From a bacterium (GTDB taxonomy: Bacteria > Patescibacteriota > Minisyncoccia > Phycocordibacterales > UBA9973), in the NCBI GenBank assembly GCA_037127795.1, contig JBAXXQ010000001.1, forward strand, positions 6,842 through 70,841: 64,000 nucleotides of DNA. The letters run 5' to 3'. Shown here one piece after another: positions 18,860-29,188 of this stretch. The notes beneath the pieces are model-generated. The model had not been told where the DNA came from. It was given only the letters and a program-made list of their open reading frames with translations, and ran no database searches. Numbering within the stretch: position 1 is the first letter of the stretch; every line of letters starts with the position of its first letter. Position numbers and translations under genes: made by a program.

Positions 18860-21800
18860 TTATTTACCCCCCTCTTTAGCCTTATCTTGTATTTTTTTCT
18901 CAAGAGCTTCTCTTTTATCCCAAATATTTTTTAAATCATTATGCTTATCTTCTGCAGCCTTCTTTGCTATTGAAGCATTAGCAAAAGCTTCTTTATCTGA
19001 TTCTGCTGGACTATCTATATTCATAAACACTTTTTCTGCTTTTTTATGTTCAGCATTAGCAACTTGAACATCAGAATATGCTTTTGCAACGATTTTTTCA
19101 AAATCATCCTTTTTCTCCTTATCTTTGTCTTTATACTTTTCATTATACTCTTCATCAGGCACGTCCTCACCAACAAGGGTCTTTTTAACCTTTTCGTCTA
19201 ATTTTCGTAATTGCGCCTCAAGACTATTCTTACCTTTATTCTTACCATAATCTCTAGTATATGAATCAGCAGCTTTTTTCATAGCATCTGTTTCAGCAGG
19301 AGCAAGATATTTTGACCATGTTCGCTTTTCTCCATCTGGTTTAAAGTATAGAGAATTTTGCTTCATATCTTCTGCATAGTCATTCTTCATTGCAGCAGAA
19401 AAATCTTTAACACTGCCAATTTTTCCATATTTTTCAACATCATCTTTTTGTTTCTTTTCAAACAATGTCTTAACTTTATCTTTAAAGATTTTTTCTTCTT
19501 CATCACTGAGAGACTGCTTACCACCCTTGATTTTTAGTGTGTTAGCATCAATTCTACTTGCCTGTACTTTGTTTTGCTCTTTTATAGTAGACACCAATTC
19601 ACTCAACTTAGTGTTATGTGTTTCCAAAAGTTGCATTTTTTGTGCTTTTTCCTCTTTTGAATACAAACCAGCATTAAGCCCTGTTTTAATTTCTTTTATA
19701 GCAGCCTCAGCTTGCTTTTTCTGATCTGTAGCATTTTTCTTTGTGGCTTCAGCTGTTTTATATTGCTCATCTTGCTCTTTAGTAAATGCAGCAATAGCTT
19801 CTTTTTCAGCTTTTCTTCCTTGATGTTTTTCCCAAGCCATTTTTGCACCAACATCATCAAGATAATCAAATGTGCTAGATTTTTCAATCTTTTCTTTATT
19901 TTGTTTTTCTTTACGCTCTTTCATTCCTTTGAAGCCACCTTCAAAATCTTTTTTACCAAAACCAACCTTTTCAGCAAATTTATCATTATAATTCATACCA
20001 ACAGACCCCCCCACCTTACTAAGACCTGACATAATAGTGCTATTATTTCTAAAATCAAAACTAGCTGTCTGTGATTTATTAAGCGCATTATTTGCCTTTC
20101 TTGCAAAATAGTTATTATCAGCATTTGAGCTTGCCCATTGCCCTAGTCTTGACTTACCAATAGACCTTCCTGCTACACCACTCAATCTTGAACCCGCAGC
20201 TGCAATACCAGACGCCGCACCCATAGTACCCACAGTAAGCGCTGCTCCACCAACAAAACCTGCAGCCTTTGACATCATAGCCTGTGCTTGTTTTCCAAAA
20301 TCACCAGCAAAAGAAGTAATAATTACTTTCCCTTTATCCAAAAGACCCTTTACAATAAGCAATGGTATTGCTATCCAAAGGACTGTATATGTAAATGTAT
20401 GGTTTGTGCCATCAAGGTGTGATGTATAAAACGGTGTCTGCATTATCTTTATCACCAGATAAAAATATATAACAGTAACTGGAGCAAGGATAGCATAATT
20501 CATCAATTCACCAAGCCATTTTGTCCAATGCAAAGAATCAAGTTTTGATAAGAATGGTATCTCTCGAGACATAAATGCAACCGGAGAAAATATCATAGCA
20601 ACATATAACCCAATCACACGACCAATAAATATAAATCCTATACTCCAAAAAATAAGCCCTGTACCAAATGCAATAAAGGTACAAATAAGCACCACAAGAG
20701 TAAAGTAGCCCGCATATTCTTCTGGAGAATCCTTTTTAATTTGTGATAAATCTTTTGCTGTACCAAATGTAGCAGCACCACCATTTGTTTGAGCACTCAC
20801 CTGATCTTTTGTAGCTTGTGCTTTTGATGCCTCATCTGTGCCAGATAATGCATTATTAAATACTCGTTGCGGATCAAAGCTTTGTACAACAATAGCAGAG
20901 ACCCCTTTATATCCAGAATCACTATTACCATTATTTGCAGCACCACTAGACCCGACAGTACCTGCGTTATTACCCTGTACGCTAATTTGTGCGTAAAATA
21001 CTCGCGCAACAATATTTGAAATATCTATAACACCACGAGTAAGAAGCAAGCTAAAGTTTATTAAAATAGCATTAACAATAATTGCAGAAACAAGCTTCTT
21101 CAAATCTTTACCGCCAAAAATAGTAGATAATCCTGCATATATCAAAAGAATAATAAAGAATATATTTGCAATATCTCGCACTGTCGTCCATGCACTCGCT
21201 ACAAATGGTTGTAAATATGCAGTAGAACTAATTGAATACCCTAAAAAGAAGTCAAAAATATTCCCCATTAAATATGCAAAAAATGCAGCCCCTCTAAAAA
21301 GTACATAGTAGAAAAAGAGTGCAATACAACCCATGAATGTACCACTACTCATCCAGGTAAGACCACAAGAAGGCAATACATCATTACCACTAGCGGCAAC
21401 ACTAGCACCAGCAGCAGCTACTGCTTGTGTCATATCTGTAGCATTTTGATCAATGGCAGCCTGAGCGTTTGTAGTAGGAATAGTATATGGAATTGGTTTA
21501 CCAATTCTATAATAATACCCCTCAACAACCTTTGTGGTTTTTGTGTTTGACCATGAGGCACATTTTATTCCTGCTGTAGGACTTGCACTATTCCATAATT
21601 TTTTAACATCCTTTGGGTTATTTTTTGCATCAGTATCATCAGAAACAACAATACTATAAGTACCTTGTTTATATGTATACACCGAGGGGTCTTGCTCTGG
21701 ACAATACCAAAGACCCATATACACCTGCTGACCAGGAGCCAAGTGTCCTGTTTGAACAATTGTTTTTACTGTTTCTGATTGATTGGTCGCATTACTATCA

Positions 21801-22363
21801 TTTTTGGGTTTTCCATTTGAATCAGTTGAGTTATCGGTAAAATATTTATAAAAACTAGATGTTGGCATTTTTTGCGCAATAAGCGCATCATCAGCACTAC
21901 TTGTAGAATGTTCTTGAGGCAATATTATAGGTTGCCCAAAAATATTACCATTAGTATCTTCTAGTGTTGCAACAAAAGATGCTGTATCTTTACTTGGTCC
22001 ATAATAACTAAAATCTGCATTACCATCAGAAAATACATGTCTCCAACCATTTTTTATATCTGTCCATTTATTAGTAAAAATCAAATTTGCCTGTATAGTA
22101 AGCTCGCTTGCACCAATAGTAGTATCTTTTGAATCAAATTTATTTGGATCAGCTGGTGGTTTAAAATCAGTAGAAACCACACTCATACTTTTTATACCAG
22201 AATTCACATTATCAAAAAGATCAGAACCATATCCAGTTAGAGTAGGGCCACCAGCAGGCCAATTACCCGCAAATGCAGTACTAGCAGGTACTACAATACC
22301 TATAATAAAAATACTTAGGAGAACGGAAGTAATTATTTTTTTCCAAGCAAATGCTTTTTTCAC
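18860..22363 (-). CDS. VirB6/TrbL-like polytopic membrane protein with a coiled-coil tail
   Basis: W..VRDIANIFFI, AILINFSL, multiple TMs, Gly/Ala-rich segment, K/E-rich C-terminus; position in T4SS locus. Confidence 0.7.
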   Translation of the reverse strand: MKKAFAWKKIITSVLLSIFIIGIVVPASTAFAGNWPAGGPTLTGYGSDLFDNVNSGIKSMSVVSTDFKPPADPNKFDSKDTTIGASELTIQANLIFTNKWTDIKNGWRHVFSDGNADFSYYGPSKDTASFVATLEDTNGNIFGQPIILPQEHSTSSADDALIAQKMPTSSFYKYFTDNSTDSNGKPKNDSNATNQSETVKTIVQTGHLAPGQQVYMGLWYCPEQDPSVYTYKQGTYSIVVSDDTDAKNNPKDVKKLWNSASPTAGIKCASWSNTKTTKVVEGYYYRIGKPIPYTIPTTNAQAAIDQNATDMTQAVAAAGASVAASGNDVLPSCGLTWMSSGTFMGCIALFFYYVLFRGAAFFAYLMGNIFDFFLGYSISSTAYLQPFVASAWTTVRDIANIFFIILLIYAGLSTIFGGKDLKKLVSAIIVNAILINFSLLLTRGVIDISNIVARVFYAQISVQGNNAGTVGSSGAANNGNSDSGYKGVSAIVVQSFDPQRVFNNALSGTDEASKAQATKDQVSAQTNGGAATFGTAKDLSQIKKDSPEEYAGYFTLVVLICTFIAFGTGLIFWSIGFIFIGRVIGLYVAMIFSPVAFMSREIPFLSKLDSLHWTKWLGELMNYAILAPVTVIYFYLVIKIMQTPFYTSHLDGTNHTFTYTVLWIAIPLLIVKGLLDKGKVIITSFAGDFGKQAQAMMSKAAGFVGGAALTVGTMGAASGIAAAGSRLSGVAGRSIGKSRLGQWASSNADNNYFARKANNALNKSQTASFDFRNNSTIMSGLSKVGGSVGMNYNDKFAEKVGFGKKDFEGGFKGMKERKEKQNKEKIEKSSTFDYLDDVGAKMAWEKHQGRKAEKEAIAAFTKEQDEQYKTAEATKKNATDQKKQAEAAIKEIKTGLNAGLYSKEEKAQKMQLLETHNTKLSELVSTIKEQNKVQASRIDANTLKIKGGKQSLSDEEEKIFKDKVKTLFEKKQKDDVEKYGKIGSVKDFSAAMKNDYAEDMKQNSLYFKPDGEKRTWSKYLAPAETDAMKKAADSYTRDYGKNKGKNSLEAQLRKLDEKVKKTLVGEDVPDEEYNEKYKDKDKEKKDDFEKIVAKAYSDVQVANAEHKKAEKVFMNIDSPAESDKEAFANASIAKKAAEDKHNDLKNIWDKREALEKKIQDKAKEGGK

Positions 22364-22402
22364 ATCAATAGTATATCACTTTGTTGCTATAAAAAACTAG
22401 TG

Positions 22403-23185
22403 CTACCAGATGTGTAATTTAAGATTATCTTCGATACCATTATATTGAGCAAAACTTCCATCTATATTATATGTCGGAGCACCTTGTGTACCATTTGTAA
22501 GGAAACCACCAGTATTTGTAGCACCTCCAGAAGAATTTTTCTTATCGAGCTTTGAATCACTCCAAAATGGCGTAGGAAGGTGTACTGCATAATATCCAGT
22601 AAAACTAGACTCGACGCTTTCACAATAATTTCTAAGTTCTTTTATTTTTGCAAGCTCAAGCGCCATACCGTCATATATAGATTGTTCATCTGCTACATTA
22701 TCATCAGAATATAGTTGTTGATACAATGCACCAAAACGAGTATTTAATACCGCAAGTTGTGCTTGCTCAGCAGCAGTAAAAGGAATATTCAAATCAACAT
22801 CACTACAGGTAAGATTATTTGCATTTACTATATTATTATTTATTGTCCAAGAAGTATTATTATTGTCTGATATATCTCCAGAGTCACCCGATTGTGTATT
22901 CACTGTACTAGTAGAAGATGTAAAAATAGACACGAGTGGATTAAACCCATTAGAACTTGTAGTACTATTCTGTGTTGCGCTCGGATTTGTAAACAAAGAA
23001 GAGAGTAATGTATTACCAGAACCATCCTGTGCTGGCTTTTTATCTCCAAGACCAAGAAACTCTCTAAAACTCGCTTGATGTCCAAGGCTTTTTTGTAATT
23101 GCGCATTACGATACGCAACAAAAGCAAACCCTCCTATGACGATAATTATAACCAATATAGTGATGAATAATTTTTTGTTTTGCAT
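22403..23185 (-). CDS. Membrane-anchored hypothetical protein
   Basis: N-terminal TM, Ser/Thr/Asn-rich linker. Confidence 0.7.
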   Translation of the reverse strand: MQNKKLFITILVIIIVIGGFAFVAYRNAQLQKSLGHQASFREFLGLGDKKPAQDGSGNTLLSSLFTNPSATQNSTTSSNGFNPLVSIFTSSTSTVNTQSGDSGDISDNNNTSWTINNNIVNANNLTCSDVDLNIPFTAAEQAQLAVLNTRFGALYQQLYSDDNVADEQSIYDGMALELAKIKELRNYCESVESSFTGYYAVHLPTPFWSDSKLDKKNSSGGATNTGGFLTNGTQGAPTYNIDGSFAQYNGIEDNLKLHIW

Positions 23186-23188
23186 ATA

Positions 23189-26100
23189 CTAATCAGCACA
23201 GAGTGCTACGCTTGATGTTTGTAATGATCTATATTTTAAATTAGGATCCAATGTTTCTGCGATAGTACTTCCTCCTCCGTAATTTCTCAAAAGAGTACCT
23301 GCTTGTATTTGCGCATATGGTCCTGGGTCAGGGAATTGATATACAGAGCTGTCGTGTGGAGGGCTAAATGTAGTACCCAACAAAGATGATTTTGAAGGAT
23401 TAATATCTTTTGTATAGAACCCTTCGAAAGGAACACTTACTGTATTGATTGATATTCTTCGAGGTTTTCCTGTTGTTGTATCAATATCATTATTATCAGA
23501 AATAGTAATAACATATCGCACGTTTTTTGGAATATATTCTTCTATTGAGTGAGTACATACATTATCTGTTTCACCTATATGTGTCTTACTATTATTACCA
23601 CGACCAGAATCTTGAGAATATTCATCACATTTTCTATATGTTTCAAATAATGAAGTAAGACTAGTGTCAGTTATAGTTGGTATCGTAGTAACATCTTTAT
23701 CATACAACCCGATAATATTAGGATCTTTTCCTCCTGAATCTATATCAATAGTAGTATCAGGATAATTAAAATTCCACCCATCGGTCAAATAACTAAGCCA
23801 AGTCAAACCACCAGCACTCATTACCTGAGTTCCACAACTTCCACTTGGATCAACATTAGGATTACAACTAGGGTTACATGATGGATCATTATTTAAATAT
23901 GCAGTATCTTGTGTGCTTGGATCTGTCCCCCAAGAAAAACTTGTCATACATGCTCGTGGTGCACAATTTGGATCATAATTTGGATCTGATGGGCCAGCAC
24001 AAATAGTAGTACCAGAAACATTAGTAATATCTCCTCCACTAGTGAATGTATTTGAAGATGAAGCATCAGGAAGCCATGGCATATCTATATAGTTTGTAAT
24101 ACCCGATACGTGCAACATAGATAATGCAGCAGCACTACCAGGATTGACAATAGCATTCATTAAATAAATATTACTTTGGAAGATAGTATCAATAGTTTGT
24201 CCACTTATATATAATGCATCTCCGTATCTAGGTCTTGAAGCTTTAGCGGCAACATTTGAACCTTCTAGTTTTATTTGAGGATCTTTATATACCGCAAGAG
24301 GGAATCCTCCATAGGGTGCTAGTTCAGCAGCCTGATCTGCTCTATAATAATCAGCATATACCTGCCTATCTACATGTACATGATAATTCCCTGCAGCAAC
24401 AGTCTTTATTGGTGTTAATGTAATAGAGGTAGTTGGTTGCACACTTTTTGCCAAAAGATTTGGCCCCATAAGACAACTTACCGCATTAGATTTTGCGATA
24501 AAACCAATTTTTGATACAGGTTTTACTGTTGGCGGGGTACATGTTGCATTAGCTATACCACCGGCAGTATTACAAAGATTTTGATAAAAATCATATTGTG
24601 CAAATTGTGATTGGATTACCGTAGAATCACTGTTTGCATCAGACTCTTGAGCAGGGGCTCCAGCTGTTGAAAGATTGATAGCATAATTTTGATCAAGGCA
24701 ACTTTGATTTACGGTAATACCTTGTGCTGCCTGTGTTGCAATATGACGAGCACGTGCAACTTTTACAATAGCAAGTACTTGATTATAAATATCTTGCATT
24801 TGCGCTGCGGTAGATTCCGCCTTATCTATTTCAGTACCATAGGCGTCAGCATTTGCTTGGAGCTGATTGTTGTATTCAATCAAATTAAAAGATTCATTAT
24901 ACATATCACGAACTTGTCCACGAACAAATTCCGGAGAATTATTCTTATTTGGATCAGTAAGTACATATTGATCCATAAGTGTATCGAGACCATATCGAGT
25001 ATTTATTTCATTGGTATATGAAGAAAACCATTGCTCAAATGCATCCGCAACATCAGATCCAGGGGTAGGGCTTGCCTCTGTTTTTGTTACTGTATGAGAA
25101 CAGCTAGTGTTAAATTGCCCAGCAGATCCTAAAATACCGCCAACAGATGAACCTGTTGAACCTCCAATATACCCCCCTGCAAGCGAACCGACAGCACTTG
25201 TTAATGCTCCACTATTGAGCAAACTAGAACCAATATTACATGCAATATCCAAAAATCCCTCATTGTTTGGCTCTTGTACTTGGTATGTGTATGGAGGGTG
25301 AATAGGATATATATTAAAAACCTGATTTCTATAAGGAATTACACTATTTGTAACAGGGTCTTGAAAACCATATCTATCTGTAGCAAATGATTCATTTGTA
25401 TAATTAGGTGCTGGGCCAGGTCCTTGATATCCAGAACCAGAAGATAATGCTTTATTAAAATTATCATTACTATCTCCTGCATATACAGACCATGAAGGAT
25501 TTGGTCCAGGGAGACAATAATCAAGTGCTCCAAGATTTGCAACCATTTTTTTGTTTGCGTTAATAGAATCACTTGCTTTATTTATATAGTCATACTGTGT
25601 TTTAAGAATTGCGGCAAGTTGTGTCGTATGTGAAATATCAAAATTAGCTCCTACATCTGCACCGTTAGCATAACTAATTTCTGCAGTTGCTGTATCTACA
25701 CCATCAGTAGCTAAAGGTAAGCTATTACTAAACGGACTTGGAGACCATTTATTCGGTGTTGTAGGTGGATTGTACGGATAATCCTGACTTCCTTCTCCAT
25801 AATGAGCAAGTCCTTTATTGAGCCAATCATTAAGCTTTGCATCTACAATCCCCGCAATAACATCACTTATTTTATTTGCTGTCTCGAGTTGATGAATTTG
25901 TGTAGTAGTAATAGCGTTTGCCTGATTTGCAATAGCATCTCCAGGAGTAACTACACGAAATTGTGTGCATACTTTTTCTCCATTTTCATCTGTTTGATTA
26001 CTATATTTTGCACACACTTTTTGACTAAAATACCCATGTCCTTGATTGAGTTCATTTTGTGCATTATTTTTTTGATTACTATAATCACGATTAATATAGT

Positions 26101-27043
26101 CTATAGTACTGAGGTATTGCCCCATAGCATTTCCTTGGTTGTAAGTACTATTGAGCCATCCAGTCCACCCACCAGTCATTATATTATTAGCATCTTTATT
26201 ATACGTTTTACCAAACTGAGTATTTGAAAGATTACTCAAAAAATGAGGTGTCTTACCTGTTATCTCACTAGTAATAAGATTGTTTACTTGTTGATTAACA
26301 GCATTATTTAAAGTGGGATCATTACTACTTACTGTAAGGTTTGCAGGTTTTAAGTATTTATACAAAATACTATGATACATATTTTGAAAATATGATGACT
26401 GATCAGTAACATAAAATGGCGATCCTGCCATACCCGTATTTATATAACCCAATACAATACTAGACATTTTCGCTAATGATTTTCGAAGAGTATATTTTGC
26501 TAGAGCATCTGTACAAGTCTCACGCTTGTCTTGATTTGCAGCAGTGGTCTTGGCAATATCAACAGCAGCCTTACCGTTACTATTTATAGCATCTACTATA
26601 TTTGTTTCAGAAACAATCACAGGTTGTTGTATACTCGACCCTGTACTTTTTACCGAAGCATCTTTTTCATTTGATGCTTTTTTAAAAGCATCAGCTTGTA
26701 ATCTATTTTTACAAGAGGTACCACAAAAAAGTCCTCCATGTGCAACAGGAATAACAACACCCGCACCTGCTATATATTGATTAGTAACACCTCCAAAAAG
26801 CGCACTACTTGCCTTAGAGACTTCTTTATTTGCAAATGCAGTAACACTACCAACCCCTTGAGTAATCCAATCATCAGAAGATTTACCTCCAGCAACCTGA
26901 CAATTAAGCAAAGCCCCTGTCATACCAGTAACATTTATATTTGATCCTTGAAAAGACTGTGCATAAGTTTGAGAAATAGGTAAAAATAAAACACATCCTA
27001 GAAAAATGGTGAGTATTGTTTTTTTGCCAAAAAAATATTTCAT
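23189..27043 (-). CDS. Large secreted protein (~1280 aa)
   Basis: Signal peptide, GGWTGW, C..C..VVTPG, glycine-zipper-like and Cys/Pro repeats. Confidence 0.75.
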   Translation of the reverse strand: MKYFFGKKTILTIFLGCVLFLPISQTYAQSFQGSNINVTGMTGALLNCQVAGGKSSDDWITQGVGSVTAFANKEVSKASSALFGGVTNQYIAGAGVVIPVAHGGLFCGTSCKNRLQADAFKKASNEKDASVKSTGSSIQQPVIVSETNIVDAINSNGKAAVDIAKTTAANQDKRETCTDALAKYTLRKSLAKMSSIVLGYINTGMAGSPFYVTDQSSYFQNMYHSILYKYLKPANLTVSSNDPTLNNAVNQQVNNLITSEITGKTPHFLSNLSNTQFGKTYNKDANNIMTGGWTGWLNSTYNQGNAMGQYLSTIDYINRDYSNQKNNAQNELNQGHGYFSQKVCAKYSNQTDENGEKVCTQFRVVTPGDAIANQANAITTTQIHQLETANKISDVIAGIVDAKLNDWLNKGLAHYGEGSQDYPYNPPTTPNKWSPSPFSNSLPLATDGVDTATAEISYANGADVGANFDISHTTQLAAILKTQYDYINKASDSINANKKMVANLGALDYCLPGPNPSWSVYAGDSNDNFNKALSSGSGYQGPGPAPNYTNESFATDRYGFQDPVTNSVIPYRNQVFNIYPIHPPYTYQVQEPNNEGFLDIACNIGSSLLNSGALTSAVGSLAGGYIGGSTGSSVGGILGSAGQFNTSCSHTVTKTEASPTPGSDVADAFEQWFSSYTNEINTRYGLDTLMDQYVLTDPNKNNSPEFVRGQVRDMYNESFNLIEYNNQLQANADAYGTEIDKAESTAAQMQDIYNQVLAIVKVARARHIATQAAQGITVNQSCLDQNYAINLSTAGAPAQESDANSDSTVIQSQFAQYDFYQNLCNTAGGIANATCTPPTVKPVSKIGFIAKSNAVSCLMGPNLLAKSVQPTTSITLTPIKTVAAGNYHVHVDRQVYADYYRADQAAELAPYGGFPLAVYKDPQIKLEGSNVAAKASRPRYGDALYISGQTIDTIFQSNIYLMNAIVNPGSAAALSMLHVSGITNYIDMPWLPDASSSNTFTSGGDITNVSGTTICAGPSDPNYDPNCAPRACMTSFSWGTDPSTQDTAYLNNDPSCNPSCNPNVDPSGSCGTQVMSAGGLTWLSYLTDGWNFNYPDTTIDIDSGGKDPNIIGLYDKDVTTIPTITDTSLTSLFETYRKCDEYSQDSGRGNNSKTHIGETDNVCTHSIEEYIPKNVRYVITISDNNDIDTTTGKPRRISINTVSVPFEGFYTKDINPSKSSLLGTTFSPPHDSSVYQFPDPGPYAQIQAGTLLRNYGGGSTIAETLDPNLKYRSLQTSSVALCAD

Positions 27044-27044
27044 A

Positions 27045-27950
27045 CTATTGTTGTAGTGTATCATATTTTGCTATAGCTTGGTTAAGGTTATCCATAGCAG
27101 TATTCAAAAGAGTAGTAGCATTACTATATTCTCCTATAGCAGTTGCACCAAGCAGGTCATCATTTTTTATATTTGCAGCAGCAACAAGTGTATCTCCAAT
27201 AGTTTTTATACCGTTTACATAATCAAGATGCTCTCTCGCAATAGATATTGGAACCTTTATTTGTATAAGTTTTTGAGCAATTACTTGATACTCTTTGCCA
27301 TTTTGCGCAACACTATCGAGCTTACTATAATCATTATTTTGTACTGCATCAGACAAGATAGTCGTTTCGTCTTGGTCAAAATGTACTTTTGCTATAACTT
27401 TTTGAAAATTTATCGCATAACTATGTATATTATTTATAGTAGAAGGCAATAATATTACATCATTTATTGTATATAATTTCTTTTGTACAGGTTTAACAAT
27501 ATTTTGCACGAGCGGTGTAGTTACATCTTGTAATGTACCAGCATCAACATTACCGACTTGGTCCAAGATACTGGTCGTAGTGTAAATACCATATGCGAGT
27601 TTGTCTGTACCAGAGGCGGTAGAAAGATCGGTACCACCCGCAGCTTTATTTTCAGCCCTTTTTTGCATTACAATATCCCTATTTGATATACCATTCGTAA
27701 CAGCAACAGTAGGATCAAGCCCCCAGAGACGCTCTTCCCAATCTGGAATACCGTTATTATTACTATCTATTGCAATAATATCACCAAATGTTTGTTCTTT
27801 TTGGGTAGAAAGAACTTTAGGTCTATAGCTAAAGATTTTTTGTAAAATACCTGTTTGCACAACAATAATAACTAACAAAATACTACCTGCAACAATAGCA
27901 ACTCGCTTAAACTGTTTTGAAGGTTTTGGTATATTAGAAAACTGTTTCAT
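27045..27950 (-). CDS. Membrane-anchored protein with a TSP3-like Ca-binding repeat
   Basis: DSNNNGIPDWEERLWGLDP. Confidence 0.7.
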   Translation of the reverse strand: MKQFSNIPKPSKQFKRVAIVAGSILLVIIVVQTGILQKIFSYRPKVLSTQKEQTFGDIIAIDSNNNGIPDWEERLWGLDPTVAVTNGISNRDIVMQKRAENKAAGGTDLSTASGTDKLAYGIYTTTSILDQVGNVDAGTLQDVTTPLVQNIVKPVQKKLYTINDVILLPSTINNIHSYAINFQKVIAKVHFDQDETTILSDAVQNNDYSKLDSVAQNGKEYQVIAQKLIQIKVPISIAREHLDYVNGIKTIGDTLVAAANIKNDDLLGATAIGEYSNATTLLNTAMDNLNQAIAKYDTLQQ

Positions 27951-27962
27951 AGGGTTTTAAAA

Positions 27963-28757
27963 TCATATTGATTTTACAATACCTTTCCATTGTATCAATG
28001 AAAGTGTCTCAGGGCGAGCTTTTATATCCACACCAATAGAAACAAGTACATCCTCAACAGCTTTTTTTGAACCAAACATTTCAGAGAGACTAGTACTTAT
28101 CTGTTTTCGTTTTGTGCCAAACGCCTTTTTAACTATAGAAAAAAAGGTTTTTTCATCTACATCAGCAAAAAAATCTCTTGAAATACTTGAAATACATAAA
28201 ATAGCTGAATCAACCTTTGGTGGTGGGACAAACGCACCTTTTGGTACTTTTGATATAATTTTTGGTTTCCCATATACACTCACTGCAATAGATAAAATAC
28301 TTTCTTTATCCGTGTCACGAGACACGATACGTTCTGCAACCTCTTTCTGCATCAAAAGTACCATTATTTCAGGTTGAAAATGTGCACTAAGGAACTGCTC
28401 TATAATAGCCCCTGTTATATAGTATGGAATATTTGCTACTAATTTGTATTTTTTGCCGTATGTTTTAAGTGTTTCTGGATCAAAACGCAAAATATCCCCT
28501 GATATAATAGAAAGTGTTTTGTTTTGTAGCTCTTTTTCAAATTTTTCTTCCAAAAGCCCTATAAGACTATTATCTTTTTCAATAGCAACAACGTGCGCAC
28601 CAGTAGCAAGAAGTGCTTCAGTAAGTACCCCTTTTCCCGGACCAATTTCAACAATAATATCACCAGGTGATACTTGCGCAGACTCAACCATTTCACGAAG
28701 TGCTTTAGGGCTATTGAGCCAATGCTGTCCTAAACTTTTTTTGGGAGCTATATACAT
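27963..28757 (-). CDS. rsmA: 16S rRNA m6,2A dimethyltransferase
   Basis: KKSLGQHWL, EIGPGKG.LT, ANIPYYIT, QKEVAER, F.PPPKVDS. Confidence 0.97.
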   Translation of the reverse strand: MYIAPKKSLGQHWLNSPKALREMVESAQVSPGDIIVEIGPGKGVLTEALLATGAHVVAIEKDNSLIGLLEEKFEKELQNKTLSIISGDILRFDPETLKTYGKKYKLVANIPYYITGAIIEQFLSAHFQPEIMVLLMQKEVAERIVSRDTDKESILSIAVSVYGKPKIISKVPKGAFVPPPKVDSAILCISSISRDFFADVDEKTFFSIVKKAFGTKRKQISTSLSEMFGSKKAVEDVLVSIGVDIKARPETLSLIQWKGIVKSI

Positions 28758-28768
28758 ATATATGTATG

Positions 28769-29164
28769 TTATCGAGAACCATAATAATTAACAGTATCTT
28801 GTATTGTTACAGTTGCAGTATTTGGTGGATACCCTTGATAAATACAAGTATATTGTGAAGACTGTTTTTTATAAATACCAAGTATTTGTTGACCAACATG
28901 TAATTTAGAATTTAAACGAGTACCTGGAGGAACAGCAAGATCTATCAATCCCCCGCTCACTAATTTAACTCGAATAGTATGTCCTGGTACAGTACATTTA
29001 TAATTACTACTTTCTTGCTGTTCAATAGCTTGTGCCTTCATTGCCATCACTCTACCACCAAAAGATATACCTCCACCTCCTGCATACACTGGATACGCAA
29101 AAAAACTTATCGCAAAAATAGAGATACTAAATGCAGACACACTCAAGAGATACTTCATATTCAT
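28769..29164 (-). CDS. Secreted hypothetical protein
   Basis: Signal peptide, FGGRV, paired Cys. Confidence 0.6.
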   Translation of the reverse strand: MNMKYLLSVSAFSISIFAISFFAYPVYAGGGGISFGGRVMAMKAQAIEQQESSNYKCTVPGHTIRVKLVSGGLIDLAVPPGTRLNSKLHVGQQILGIYKKQSSQYTCIYQGYPPNTATVTIQDTVNYYGSR

Positions 29165-29188
29165 ATATATGAGTATACCACAGACATT

